NCBI GenBank assembly: GCA_963816395.1
Contig: CAWFKQ010000016.1
Location: 224,001-288,000 of the forward strand
From: an uncultured delta proteobacterium
GTDB lineage: Bacteria > Desulfobacterota > Desulfuromonadia > Desulfuromonadales > JACZKF01
DNA: 64,000 nt
Direction: 5' to 3'
The translations under genes were made by a program, and so were the position numbers. Numbering within the stretch: the first letter of the stretch is position 1; every line of letters begins with the position of its first letter. Shown here in pieces: positions 1 to 12,245 of the stretch. Below the pieces are notes generated by a model. It saw nothing but the letters and a program-made list of their open reading frames with translations, was not told the origin of the DNA and searched no databases.

Positions 1-483
1 CCACAGGCCGCTAATACGGCGGCCAAGGAGCATTCCTGCCACTGTCAGGGCGCCGGCCACCAGTCCAATGACCAGTGAGGGCATCCAGATACTCACCCGG
101 AGCATGGCTAAGGTCAGTCCGACGGCTAGGGCATCGATGCTTGTAGCCACCGAGAGCATGAGCAAAGACCAACCGCGAGTCGGATCGCTGGCGGAGGTTT
201 CCTCCCCATCCTCGGCAAACGCCTCGTAGATCATCTTGACGCCGACGATGACCAGGAGTGCAAAGGCGACCCAGTGATCATAGGCGGCGATCCACTTCTG
301 GACGGTAAGCCCGGCCAGCCAGCCGATAACCGGCATCAACGCCTGGAAGAGACCAAAATGGAACCCCAGCCGGAAGAGATGACGACCGTTCATCTCCGGC
401 AGGGCGAGACCAGTGGCCAGAGCGACGGCAAAGGCATCCATGGCCAAGGCGACGGCAATGCTGAAAAGTGTGATCGGGTTCAT
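1..483 (-). CDS. mntP: Manganese efflux pump MntP family protein (3' end runs off window)
   Basis: Manual translation from ATG 483: MNPITLFSIAVALAMDAFAVALATG...FHFGLFQALMP, with a later ATSIDALAVG repeat motif; absent from the ORF track. Confidence 0.9.
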   Translation of the reverse strand, partial: MNPITLFSIAVALAMDAFAVALATGLALPEMNGRHLFRLGFHFGLFQALMPVIGWLAGLTVQKWIAAYDHWVAFALLVIVGVKMIYEAFAEDGEETSASDPTRGWSLLMLSVATSIDALAVGLTLAMLRVSIWMPSLVIGLVAGALTVAGMLLGRRISGLW

Positions 484-547
484 CGGTGCTGATCCGGAGG
501 AGATTCCCCTCAATGGGTGATGGTGCGGTCGATTGGCGGGAGGCATA

Positions 548-576
548 ATTCTCTGGCATGCGCGGACCGTTGTCAA
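548..576 (-). promoter_or_regulatory. Candidate sigma70 promoter for mntP
   Basis: TTGACA-17 bp-GAGAAT on minus strand. Confidence 0.45.
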
Positions 577-732
577 CCCCCCGGAAATTCAGGAGAGGAA
601 CCCGGACGGATTTACTGGATCAACTGCGATGGTCGGGCGGCAGGGGGCTCAGGCTACGAGAGCTGCGAAGGTGAACCGATTCGACGAACACCCTTCGACG
701 GCAGATCGGGAGAGGGGTATCGAAAGGAGTAC

Positions 733-1774
733 CTATGCTTTCAGCAACAGCATCTCGGCGGAGAACCCCGGGCCGAACGCGGACAGCAGCCCATGCCCGG
801 AATGCCGGGAGCGTTCGGAGGCAAGCCATTGCTCCAGGACGAACAGCACCGAAGCGGAAGAGATATTCCCGTGGTCCCGCAGCATGGCCTCGGTCAGGGC
901 CAGTTCGTCCCTGGCGAGTCCGAGAGCCTGCCGATAGGCATCGATCACCTTGGCGCCGCCGGGGTGGGTGATGTAATGGACGATCACCTCCAGGCCCATC
1001 CCCTGCGCCTGGAGGAAGCCGGCAACGAGATCCGGCAGTTCCCGCTTGATCACCGCCGGGAGTTTGGGAGAAAGGACGAGTTCCATCCCGTGGTCGCCGA
1101 ACTCCCAGCCCATGATGCCGTAGCTGTCGGGGAACAGGTGCGAGCGGGTCGCCACGATGCGCGGCCCCGCCCCGGCAGCTTCGCTCCCGGCGACCAGGGC
1201 GGCGGCGGCGCCATAGGCGAAAATGGCGGCAGCCACCATGTTCTTCTTCGAAAGATCGCCCGCCAGGAACGTCAGGCTGCAGCATTCGAGTGTGGGGACC
1301 AGCGCCCGCGCCCGGGTATGGGCCGACAGAAATCGAAAGCGCGGGCGAGCCCTGCCGCGCCGCCGGCGCAGCCGAGTCCCCAGATCGGCAGGCGGGTGGT
1401 GGTGGGCGGCAGTCCCAGCTCATTGATCAGGCGGGCATCCAGGGAAGGTGTCGCGTGGCCGGTGGAGGAGACACAGATCACGTGATCGACCCCGCGCCAT
1501 TCCGGCCCGATCGAGGCATAAAGCGGCCCGGGCCAGCAGTGCCAATCCGTCCAAGGTAGACCCGTCTCCGCTCCGGCGGAGAACGTGGCACCGGATACCA
1601 CGCCAGGGGACGAATGAAGTGCTGCTGCTCGATCCGGGAATGGTCGAAGACTGCCAGCAGGCGATCGACATCGGGGAGGCGGCCGGAAAAAACGGCCGCC
1701 GCCGCCTGGCGGATCTGCTGCTGGGAGGCAGAATACGGCGGTAACGCCGTGGCTGCGGCGACAATTCTGGGCAC
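733..1774 (-). CDS. Type III polyketide synthase (chalcone synthase-like), split by indels
   Basis: Three ORF pieces give the catalytic triad motifs GLGCAGG, HPGG and HGNISS plus C-terminal [11 protein letters not shown] start after GAGGG. Confidence 0.88.
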
Positions 1775-2340
1775 TTTTCCCTCAAGGAAATTCCAGGCTC
1801 TGGCAGCAACGCCGCGTGAAAGCCCAGGTTTTAAGTCCTGCCGGGCGGGCCGGAACAGTCGGTGTCCATCCATATCAGCCACAGGCCCGCGAACATTTTT
1901 CATCCCTTCGGTCATGTTTATGAAACCATTATAACTGGATGTCCGGCAACCACACTTTCCCGGCTGAGATTTTCCTTCGAACCAAGGCGCCCCCCCGTAT
2001 GGTAGCTCCGGTAGACGGCACCATCCGAAAACCCCTGCCGCCGCGGCCGCAATCCCTTTTCTCCGAATCTGTAAATTTCCTTCCTTGTGCTTCGAAGCCC
2101 ATCATTCCGGGCTCCCTTCTGAGGAAAACAAAAGGCTCCAGGTTTTTGCTCTCCCTTGGCTATATCCCTAATTTTTCTCGAGATATATGCCTATGGCCTT
2201 TTCATTCAGGAAAGAAAAAAATTCCTTTCACTATTTGAATAGCCGTATCGGAAACTGCCTCGTACTCGAACACGCGCATTGAACCAGAAGCGCAAACGGA
2301 GCATTCAATATAAAGCACACCTCAACTTTCTTCCATCGGA

Positions 2341-2589
2341 CAGAGGAGGAAAGAATTGATTGCCTCGGAAAACCTGGTTGCTGAACTTGTTTGTTATAAG
2401 CCGGGGCAGGCAACGGTTTAGGATCTCCATCCCCGCCAGGACGAAATGTTTTACGTCATTGAGGGGGCAGGAACCATCCTGGTTGACGAGCGAGAAGTGC
2501 GGGTGTCGCCGGGCAGCGTTGTTTTCGTTCCGGCAGGGGTGCGCCACGGGATCGGCGCCGATGCGGGGAGTCGGCTGGCGCTGATGTAG
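2341..2589 (+). pseudogene. Cupin-domain gene remnant with in-frame TAG stops
   Basis: Frame reads ELIASENLVAELVCYKPGQATV*DLHPRQDEMFYVIEGAG...VFVPAGVRHGI...LM*; no clean start. Confidence 0.7.
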
Positions 2590-2703
2590 TTAAAGGTGCG
2601 GGCTCTACGGGCATTTCCTCCTAACTGACCACGTAGATCTCATCCATAATCTTTTCTCCCGCTGCCGATCTATGGCCGTATCGGTTCGCACCCCTCCGTC
2701 GCT

Positions 2704-2782
2704 GGATGAGAAGCAGTGCGGTTCTTCCGGTCCGGCCGGCGGCCGGTGGTGCAGCGGCAGATAGAAACGGAAAGTTGCGCCG
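2704..2782. repeat. 79-bp direct repeat copy 1 (duplicate of histidine kinase 3' end)
   Basis: 71/79 identical to 4853-4931 by manual alignment. Confidence 0.9.
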
Positions 2783-2804
2783 TCAGGAGGGAAAAATCCG
2801 AATT

Positions 2805-3797
2805 TCAAACGATCGGCCAGGGATAAAGGTCGTGCATCCGGGCGTGCAGCCTGGCAAGGCCGAGCAATACGTCGATATTCGGAGTCTTCTCGCCCACCTT
2901 TTCGCCGATCTCGCGCACCGCCGTTACCAGGGCATCGATTTCGACGGGCCGGCCTCCTTCGACATCCTGGAGCATAGAGGTTTTAAAGGCCCCCATTCGA
3001 CGGGTGACGGCATTGCGCTCCTCCCCGCTCTGACTGATCACGCAACCGATTTTTTCGCCGATCCGCGCCGCCTCCGCCATGACGTCCAGGCAAAAACGGT
3101 TGACCAGCGGATCATCGAGGATCCTGTCGCAGGTGGCGCCGGTAATGGCGGAGACCGGGTTCATCGTCATATTGCCCCAGAGTTTGAACCAGATATCCGT
3201 TTGGATCTTTTCGGAGATAACCGCTTCCATCCCCGCCCCTGCCAGGAGGGCGCGCAAGACGTTCAGTCGCTGCGAAAGCCCTCCGGCGGGTTCTCCAATA
3301 ATCAGTTTTTTGCCGAAACCGTGCTTGACGAACCCCGGCTCAGTCAGGGAAAAACTGCCATGGACCACCCCCCCCACGATATGTCGGGAAGGAATGGCCG
3401 CGGCAATGAACCCATCGGGGTCAACGGATTCGAGACGCAGGCCGGAATAGGGACCTCCGAAGCCGTCGAAAAACCACCAGGGCACCCCGTTCATAGCCGT
3501 CAGAACGGTCGTTTCCGGTCCGATCAGAGGGGCAATCCTTTGGGCCACCTGGGCCATGGCGGGAGACTTCACGGCCACGATGACCAGGTCCTGGACGCCG
3601 AGGGTTTCCGGATCGGCTGTCACGCCGATCCTCTGAACGATCAGTTCCTCGCCGGTTTGCAGCCGCAGACCGTTTTTCTGCAGGGCATCCAGCGTCGCCC
3701 CCCTCGCCACCGCGCTTACCTCGCATCCCTCCCGGGCAAGCAGTGCCCCGATGAACCCGCCGACCGCGCCGGCGCCATAGATAGTAATTTTCCGCAC
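2805..3797 (-). CDS. panE: 2-dehydropantoate 2-reductase (ketopantoate reductase family)
   Basis: GAGAVGG Rossmann motif, WFKLWGN, KTSMLQD..GRPVEID; GTG start after AAGGAG. Confidence 0.85.
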   Translation of the reverse strand: MRKITIYGAGAVGGFIGALLAREGCEVSAVARGATLDALQKNGLRLQTGEELIVQRIGVTADPETLGVQDLVIVAVKSPAMAQVAQRIAPLIGPETTVLTAMNGVPWWFFDGFGGPYSGLRLESVDPDGFIAAAIPSRHIVGGVVHGSFSLTEPGFVKHGFGKKLIIGEPAGGLSQRLNVLRALLAGAGMEAVISEKIQTDIWFKLWGNMTMNPVSAITGATCDRILDDPLVNRFCLDVMAEAARIGEKIGCVISQSGEERNAVTRRMGAFKTSMLQDVEGGRPVEIDALVTAVREIGEKVGEKTPNIDVLLGLARLHARMHDLYPWPIV

Positions 3798-3860
3798 ATT
3801 CTTCTCCTTGGGATTTGAGTTGTCCATGACCGCAGGCCTCAGGGGGCCCCCTGCCCCCTC

Positions 3861-4676
3861 TCAGCCGATAACGTCCGCCCAGGTCTTCCCTTCGAGAAAG
3901 CTGCCGGCGACATTCGCCTCCATCTCCCCCAGCCGGCGGAAAGGAACGGTGAAGGTCATCTTGTCGCTCGCCTTCTGCCCTTTGAGATAATTACGGGCGG
4001 AGATATCGGTCAGCCCGATGAGGCAGCGGGGGTTGTCCGACCGCGCCTCTCGATAAGACATTATCCCGACGACCTGACAGGCGGCGACATAAGGGACGGC
4101 CACGTTCTCCAGCCCTTGCCGGTCGTAGTTGGCAAGGATCACCAGCGCCGACAGCTGGTCCGGGTTGACCAGAAACGACACCGAAACCGGGGCATCCTTC
4201 TCCGGGTCTACCTCGGAGAGGGGCTTCATTGCCACATATTTCGTCGGGACATCCGCCATCGGCAGGGCGTGCACGAACTTCTCCACCAGTTCGGGCGACT
4301 TCTTGTATTTCTCCCCATGCAGGAAGTGGTCGACGAAATCCTCCCGGGCGCCGGCCGCCCGCATCCCCTCGCCGATCGCTCTGCCGGCCGGATCGGCTTC
4401 GTTCCCATTGGCGAGAAAGCGGCAGAAGCCGGGGATGCCGCCGGGGAAGGATTGGTATTGGTTGCCGAAACCGAGGCCTACCCCTCCCCCCTGGCAGCCG
4501 AAGGACTCCCGGTCGAAAACAACGGTCCGCCCCCGGGTGGCCGCCGAAAACATGAACATCACGCACCCCCACGCACCTTGGGCAAACTGCCCGGCCCCTG
4601 CCGGTTTCTCGTCCGTGAACAGGACCGCCACCGGCTCGGTCTTCAGCTTCAATGCTTTCGCGATTGCGCTTTCCAT
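3861..4676 (-). CDS. DUF169 family protein
   Basis: ALKLKTEPVAV...CVM...GCQGGGVGLGFG, NPDQLSAL, AACQ pattern; GAGGAGG RBS. Confidence 0.7.
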   Translation of the reverse strand: MESAIAKALKLKTEPVAVLFTDEKPAGAGQFAQGAWGCVMFMFSAATRGRTVVFDRESFGCQGGGVGLGFGNQYQSFPGGIPGFCRFLANGNEADPAGRAIGEGMRAAGAREDFVDHFLHGEKYKKSPELVEKFVHALPMADVPTKYVAMKPLSEVDPEKDAPVSVSFLVNPDQLSALVILANYDRQGLENVAVPYVAACQVVGIMSYREARSDNPRCLIGLTDISARNYLKGQKASDKMTFTVPFRRLGEMEANVAGSFLEGKTWADVIG

Positions 4677-4843
4677 GCTTCCTCCTCTCGGTTCAAGACG
4701 CCTCTGATCGCCGAAGTCGAATTTACTAAAACGCTGCAGAGAATTCAACCCTGGTCGTGCAGCAAAGAGGGCGAAAAGAAGAGGACCTTGCACTCTCAGG
4801 AAGGCAGATCTCAGCGGCCGGCTGTCGCCGCCGGCGGTTTCCT

Positions 4844-6369
4844 TTAGCTGCCGGATGAGAAGCAATGCGGTTCTTCCGGTTCAACCGGCGGCCGGTGGTG
4901 CAGTGGCAAATCGAAGCGGAAAGTTGCGCCGCCGCCCGGGGTGTCCTCCACCTTGATCCGGCCGCCGTAGAGGCGCACGACCTTGCGCACGATCGCCAGG
5001 CCGATCCCTGTTCCCTGCTGACTGCGGTTGGCGGCGGCGCGGTAGAAGGGATCGAAAATGCGCTGGCGCTCCGCGGCCGGGATGCCCGGACCGTGGTCGC
5101 GGACGAACAGGCGTGCCCGCTCGACGCCGGCAGTGCCACCCACTTCGATGTGGGCGCCGGGGCCGCCGGCGTAGCGCAGGGCATTGCCGATCAGGTTGGC
5201 AAAAACCTGGAACAGGAGGGTTTCCGGGATAGACAGGGGGGGGAGGGAACGGATCTCCACGGTCACTTGCTCCTGCTCGATCCGTTCGGCGAATTCCTCC
5301 AGCACCTCCCTGATCACCGCCGCGGTGTCTACCGGCGTTTCGGGGTACTGCGGATGGCCGACGCGGGCCAGCACGAGCAGGTCCTCCAGCAGGTTGAGCA
5401 GGCGCTGCCCCTGTTTTTCAATTTCACCGATCATCTCAAGGGCGCTTGCCTCGATTCGGGTGCCGTATTCCTCGCGGAGAAAGTCGGCGTAGGCAATGAT
5501 CGGAGTGAGCAGGTGTGCGCAGATCGTGGGCGACGGTAGAGACGAAGGCGTCGAGTTCACGATTGATTTCCCGCAGCTTCTCCTCGGCTTCCCTTGAGTT
5601 CGGTGACATCGCGGAAGACCGCCAGTTTCAGCATCGAGCCATCCGGGCTCGCGGGGGGAATGGAGGGATATCGTAGAGGCGGCCGGTGGCCGCCAGCGTC
5701 TGTTCCTGCCGGCATGCTTCCTCGGCCACGATGCGCTGCAGAGGGCATGGTTCGCAGGGGGCGGAACTGCCGTAGAAAGCCTGATGGCAGGTTTCGGCCG
5801 GTGCGGTCGCCAAAGGCGGCGACGCATGGCGCGATTCATGAAGACAATTCGGCGGTCGCTTGAGCAGATGTAGGCGCAGATCGGCCATGGCGTCGAGGAG
5901 GGTGCGCAGCTGTGTCCGCTCTGCTTCCAACTCGGCGGTACGCCGGTGCACGGTTTCCTCCAGGTCGGCCGCCTGGCGGCGCAGTTCCTCCTCGAGGGCG
6001 GCCTGATGGCTGAGGTCGATGAACGACTCCACACCGCCGACCACGGCGCCGGTGGCATCGCGCAGGTAATCGATATTCTTCAGCAGGGTAATCCGGCGGC
6101 CGTCTGGCCGTCTGAACCGTGCAGGTGGCGCCGATAACCGGCTTCGGCAGGTCCTTCTCGAACAGGCCGCAACCCGAGCCGCAGGGGATCCCGGCGAGGA
6201 AGGAACAGTGCCGGCCCACCGCCTCGGCGGCCGAATAGCCGGTTATCCGCTCGGCTTCCCGGTTCCAGTATACGATGCGCTGCTGTCGATCCACCAGGAA
6301 CAGTCCGCTCGGAATGGTGCTCAGGACCTGATCCAGGGGGAGGGCGGCAAGCAGAGGCGGCATTTTCAT
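4844..6369 (-). CDS. PAS-domain sensor histidine kinase, split by indels
   Basis: N-terminal PAS (IVYWNREAERITGY); C-terminal N box NLIGNALRY, DHGPGI and GTGIGL. Confidence 0.85.
4853..4931. repeat. 79-bp direct repeat copy 2 (within kinase 3' end)
   Basis: Matches 2704-2782. Confidence 0.9.
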
Positions 6370-6454
6370 CCGGCATTTTTCACCCGTGTTATGGCCTTTT
6401 CGGAATTATCCCCGATCCGGCGGTTGTTTGTCAAAACGGCCGGCTTTACCCGAT

Positions 6455-7225
6455 TCAGATCTGCTGCTGATCTCCGCGGGCGGCCCGTCCCAGGACCGCT
6501 ACCCCGATCTCGCCGGCACCTCCCTCCAGCAGCACCCGGCAGCATGTTTCGGCGGTCGCGCCGGTGGTCAGAACGTCGTCGATCAGCAGCACCCGCACGT
6601 CCTTTACCGGCGCGCGCAGGGCGAAGGCGCCGCGCAGGTTCTGCCGCCGAGCCTCGGCGTTCAATCCCTGCTGGGGCGCGGTTGCCCGGCAGCGCACGCA
6701 GCAGCCGCGAAGCGACCGGCAGCCGCCATTGCCGTGCCAGCCGCCGGGCCAGCAGCAGGGCCTGGTTGTAGGTGCGCTGCCGCAACCGGCCCGGGTGCAG
6801 CGGTACCGGCACCAGCAGGTCGGGGCGAAAACCTGGGCGCTCGCTCAGTACCGCTGCCGCCAGCAGAGTCGCCGAGGGCGCGGTCAAGGCCGATGACGCC
6901 TCGGTATTTGAATCGGTGCACCGCTTCGCGCAGGGTGCTCGCCGATAACTGGCCGGCGGCCACCACCCAGGAGAAGGCGGGGGTATGCCGCAGGCAGCGC
7001 TCGCATAAGATGGTCGGTACCGTTTTCGGTGGGGTAGGGGAGGGCGCAGCGCGGGCAGCGGGGTGAGCTAATCGGATCGAATGCCGCCCAGGCAGCTGCC
7101 GGCAGAGAGGCTCGGGACGAGGTAGGGGGACAAATTCGGTGCCGCATAGCGGGCAGGCGGGAGGAAGGAAGAAGATCGAGCAGTGCGCCGATTTCCTGCT
7201 GCGAAGCGTCGTCCAGCAACGGCAT
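6455..7225 (-). CDS. comF: ComF family protein (zinc ribbon plus phosphoribosyltransferase), split by indels
   Basis: CPRC, VPVPLHPGRLRQRTYNQA and LLIDDVLTTGAT motifs across frames. Confidence 0.85.
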
Positions 7226-7268
7226 GTCTCTCCCTCCCGATCCGGCGCGCGGCCGGGAACTGAACCGG

Positions 7269-8839
7269 CTATTCGGTTGCCAGCAGGCAGCGGCCGGTCA
7301 TCTCCGACCGGCTGTGTGCAGCCCCATCAGGGCGAGAATGGTCGGTGCGAGGTCGGCAAGGATCCCCTGGCGCAGCGGACTGCCCGCGGTGCTCCGGATC
7401 GACCAGAATGCAGGGGAACCGGATTGGTGCTGTGGGCGGTCTGGACATCCCCCTGCGTCGTCGAGCATCTGTTCGCAGTTGCCGTGGTCGGCGGTTATCA
7501 GCAAGACTGCCGCCGGCGGCGAGAACGGCGTCCACCACCCGGCCGACGCAGGCGTCGACGGTCTCCATGGCAGCGATGGCCGCCGGCAGGATGCCCGGTA
7601 TGACCCACCATGTCCGGATTGGCGTAATTGAGGACGATGAAATCGAACAGCCCTTGTTCCAATCCGCTTCGACCAGCTCGATCGGTCACCTCCGGAGCGC
7701 TCATCTCGGGTTTCTTGTCGTAGGTCGCCACTTCCTGGGGGGAAGGGAGCGGCATCCATTGCCCCTCGCCGGGGAAGGGGATCTCGCTGCCGCCGTTGAA
7801 GAAAAAGGTGACATGCGCGTATTTTTCCGTTTCCGCAAAGCGCAACTGGTTCAGACCTGCCTCGACGACAACTTCCCCCAGAAATCCGGGGGTGGGACTT
7901 CCGGGGGAAACCGATCGGAAGAACGAAGGTTTCGTCGTATTCGCTCAAACAGACGAAACCCGTAAGGGCCGGGAAAGCGGTGCCGGGAGAACCGAGAAAT
8001 CCGGTTCGGTCAACGCCCCGGTGAGCTCCCGGGCACGGTCGGAACGGAAGTTGAAGAAGACGACTCCGTCGCCGTCCTCGATCGTCGTGGAGGGGAGGAG
8101 CCTGGCGCGGACGATCCTCGGTTCGACGAATTCGTCGTTCTGGTCTGCGGCATAGGCGGCGGGCAATCGCCTCTTTGCTCGGAGGAAAAAACCATTCCCT
8201 TCGCCGAGGGTCAGGGTCCGCCAGGCCCGTTCGACCCGAATCCCAGCGGTTGTCGCGGTCCATGGCGGAAAAGAGCCCCAGGTCAACGTCGCCACCCGCC
8301 CGAGGTTGAGGTCTGCGGAAAGACGGGCCTCGAGTACTCTCCAGATAGCCGGCACCGCTTCTTCGGCGGGGTGTCACGGTAGTCGAGAAAGGCGTGAATG
8401 CAGACATCGGTCAGATCATGACGGCGGGCGAGTTCCACCAGGGCGTAGAGGTGGGTGTTGTGGGAGTGGACCCCCCCGTCGGAGAGGAGCCCCATCAGAT
8501 GAAGTTTCCCGCCCCCCTTGCGGGTCTCGTCCATGACCTTGGTGAAGGCGGGATTGGCAAAAAAATCGCCTTCCTCGATGCTCCTGGTGATCCGCGTCAG
8601 GTCCTGGTAGATGATGCGTCCGCTGCCGATGTTGAGGTGGCCAACCTGCCAGTTCCCCATCTGCGGTTGCAGCGGGCAGGCCGGGGTAGAGAGTGCGGCG
8701 CTGAGGGTCGTCGTCGGGTAATCGCGAAGGAGAGATTCCCGGAGGTGCGGGGTATCGAGCCTGGCAGACGGCGTTGTCGTAGCAGGGAATCGTTGATACC
8801 CCAGCCGTCGGGGATCACCAGGGCGACGGGATGCTTCAC
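7269..8839 (-). CDS. gpmI: 2,3-bisphosphoglycerate-independent phosphoglycerate mutase, many indels
   Basis: [65 protein letters not shown]. Confidence 0.95.
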
Positions 8840-10216
8840 TAACTCGTTCCATGCTTCCCTCTCGCCGTGGTGTATCTCGCGGACCTCGAGGGGCCGGGCG
8901 TTGCGGATCGTATTGCGGTCGGCGAGGCTGTAGCTCCCCCAGGTGCCGCACTCCTGACAGCGGCTCTGCCATTGGGGGAGGGCGTTCGCCGCAGGGATTC
9001 GCAGACATAGCCGAGAGGGAGGCGGTTGTTAGCGCCGAGGGCCTTCTTGTATTCCTTAATCGCTTCATCGGTGCGGCGGCGGCGCCGGTGAGCCTCGGCC
9101 AGCAGGAGGGGGTGAACTAAGGGGAATTTCGATGCCGGTGCTTTCTACGGCATAAAGCTGTTCCAGGGCCTCGTCGACCATTTCCAGCCGCAAGCAGAGT
9201 TTACCAAAGAACAGCCGCAACATCAGGTCGTCCCCTTTTTCCAGCAGGGCGAGCGATAGAAGGCGAGCAGGGTGGCGGGATCTTCCGCTTCCATGTAAAG
9301 GTCTTCCAGGCGGGAGAGAAAGATGCTCTTGCCGAGCTCTTGTAGCCTTCCTGCCAGATCCCGGCGGCATTTTGCGGCGCGCTGCTGCGCCCGGTAGGCA
9401 TCGCCCAGGGACACCCGGGCCGGGGTGAAATCGGGGGCCTGCTTGATGATGTCCTTGAACTCGGGTTTTGCCTGGTCGATATTTCCCTCGGCAAGCGACT
9501 GGCGGGCAACCTCGTAGCGCAGGTAGAGAAGCTTCTTCTTCTCTTCCTCCAGGCGCCGGGTGCCGGCGGCCGCCTTGATCAGCCTCTTCTGCAATTCCAG
9601 GGCTTCTTTCCAGCGATCGTGGCGGATGTGCAGGTCGCGCAGGCTGCGCAGCGCCTTGCGATTATCGCTTTCGATGGCCAGGATTTCCTGGTAGGTGCGG
9701 GCGGCATCTTCATCACGACCGCTTTCCTCGAAAGTGGCCGCCAGCTTGAACAGGACCTCCAGACTGCGCGGTCGAGGCTCTTCGCCTGAGCAGCAGGCTG
9801 ATCCCCTCCTGCGCTTCCCCTTCCTGAATACGGACGTTGGCCATGGCGATGTAGGTCTCTACCCGCGAGGGATCCCGGTCGAGAGCTTTCTGCAGCAGGG
9901 AATGGGCCTTCTTGATGTCGCCGGAAAGGAGCCGCAGGACCCCTTCCCGGTAGATGCCGGCGGTCTCCCGGTTCTTCTTCTCCTCCCGATCACGTTTCCA
10001 GTGCCTGACCAGGTGGCTGGCATGCTGTAGAGATGGGCAAGGTAGCCGAGGACCAGCCCGACCACGACGCAGCCGACGACCAGGATCCCCACGGAGAAGG
10101 TAAACTGGTGGTCCGGCAGGTATATAGAGGGTGACATCCTGCGGGTTCAGACCGGAGAAATAAAGAAAGGAGACCAGAAATAGAATAATGAGCAGCAAAA
10201 ATGCCATCACAGTCAT
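8840..10216 (-). CDS. LapA-domain / tetratricopeptide repeat protein (LapB-like), split by indels; 3' end approximate
   Basis: Two N-terminal TM segments, TPR helices across several frames, Cys-containing tail. Confidence 0.7.
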
Positions 10217-10267
10217 CGTGTTCTCCCGGGCATAGGCCCCGAATCGCAGTCAAAATGTACAGAAAGG

Positions 10268-10620
10268 CTATTCGCCGAATTTTTCCACTTCGGTCTTGCA
10301 TCGACACAGTAGCGGGAGAAGGGGCGCACTTGCAGGCGTCGGGGCTCGATCTGCTCCTCGCAGCGCAGGCAGATGCCGTATTCGCCACGGGCCATACGTT
10401 CGAGGGCGGCATCGATGTCGCGGATCTTGCGCCGCTGCCCTTCGTTCAGATTGAGCAGGACGTCCCGGCTGTAGGTATTCGCCGACATGTCGCCGATATC
10501 GGGAACGCCGTCCTGCCCAAGTTCCAGGGATGCGGCCAGGGAATCGTTAACCTCCTGCAGTACTTCTTTGCGCATCCGCAGCAGGCACTCCCTGGCCTCA
10601 GTCAACTGTACTTCTTCCAT
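10268..10620 (-). CDS. TraR/DksA C4-type zinc finger protein
   Basis: DIGDMS acidic tip, GEYGICLRC...RP..RYCV(D)C; a 1-bp indel near the end restores KTEVEKFGE*. Confidence 0.88.
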
Positions 10621-10650
10621 GCATGCCCTCCTTGAATGCCAGACCGGCGG

Positions 10651-11123
10651 TCAGCGGTTATGATAGGGTTCATTGCGCAGAATGGTCAGGCCCCGGTAGA
10701 TCTGCTCGAGAAGCAGCAGGCGGGCCATCAGGTGCGTCAGGGTCATGGAGGAGAGGGAAAGGAGCAGGTCTCCCCTTTTTTTGACCGCGTCGCTGAGCCC
10801 GTACGCGCCTCCGATGACCAGAGCCAATTCCGGCGTGCCCTGGACCATGTGCCGGCCCAGCAGCGCAGAGAAGGTTTCAGAGGTAAAGGCCTCCCCCGTT
10901 CATCGAGAACCAGGGCGAGAGCCGCCGCCGGGATCTTCTCCAGGATGCGGGTTCCCTCTCGCTCCCGGATCTGGCGGAGATCGCCCTTTTTCCCGCCGTC
11001 GGCCTCCTTGAGCTCGACCGTATCCAGCGGGAGGTAACGCCGGATGCGCCCGGCATATTCCTCGATCCCCTGCCGCAGCCAGGAATCGCCGATTCGGCCG
11101 ACGCAGATCAGGCGCAGCCTCAC
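10651..11123 (-). CDS. rlmH: 23S rRNA (pseudouridine1915-N3)-methyltransferase
   Basis: LICVGR start, IGGAYGL, LSLSSMTLTHLMARLLLLEQIYR...PYH; follows rsfS. Confidence 0.95.
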
Positions 11124-11500
11124 TGCACCCCGGCCCGCTGCTCCCAGTGGTATTCGGCGGGGATGGCAACCTCGGCCGCCTCGCTCCACAGCCCGTCCAG
11201 ATCGTAGAATTCCCGAACCGGCTCCTGGAAGACGTGCACCATCACGTCCCCGTAATCGATCAGTACCCAGCGCCCCTCGGTCATCCCTTCCACCGCCAGC
11301 GGCGGCGTGGAATGGTCCTTCTTCAGGCCGAGGCGGACCGCTTCGGCCACTGCCTGCACCTGGCGGTCGGAGCGGCCGGAAGCGAGCAGCAGGTAATCGG
11401 TCAGAGAGGAAATGCCGCTTACTTCCAGGATGCGGACATTAAAGGCTTTCTTTTCCAGCGCATAAGCGGCGCAGAGGAGGACCCGTTCTTTCGACTGCAA
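11120..11500 (-). CDS. rsfS: Ribosome silencing factor (Iojap)
   Basis: EKKA, WVLIDYGDVMVHVF, REFYDLDGLW. Confidence 0.97.
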   Translation of the reverse strand: MQSKERVLLCAAYALEKKAFNVRILEVSGISSLTDYLLLASGRSDRQVQAVAEAVRLGLKKDHSTPPLAVEGMTEGRWVLIDYGDVMVHVFQEPVREFYDLDGLWSEAAEVAIPAEYHWEQRAGVQ

Positions 11501-11503
11501 TGG

Positions 11504-12238
<735 letters not shown>

Positions 12239-12245
12239 TAGTCTT

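Noticed and set aside
484..730. yybP-ykoY manganese riboswitch upstream of mntP
   Set aside because: No recognisable consensus, and the candidate promoter leaves only about 60 nt of leader
1930..2300. Possible ncRNA or ORF in the lower-GC gap
   Set aside because: No convincing structure, RBS or protein motif seen
8830..8930. Apparent in-frame fusion of the TPR gene tail with gpmI
   Set aside because: The region is full of indels; one base error at the junction explains it
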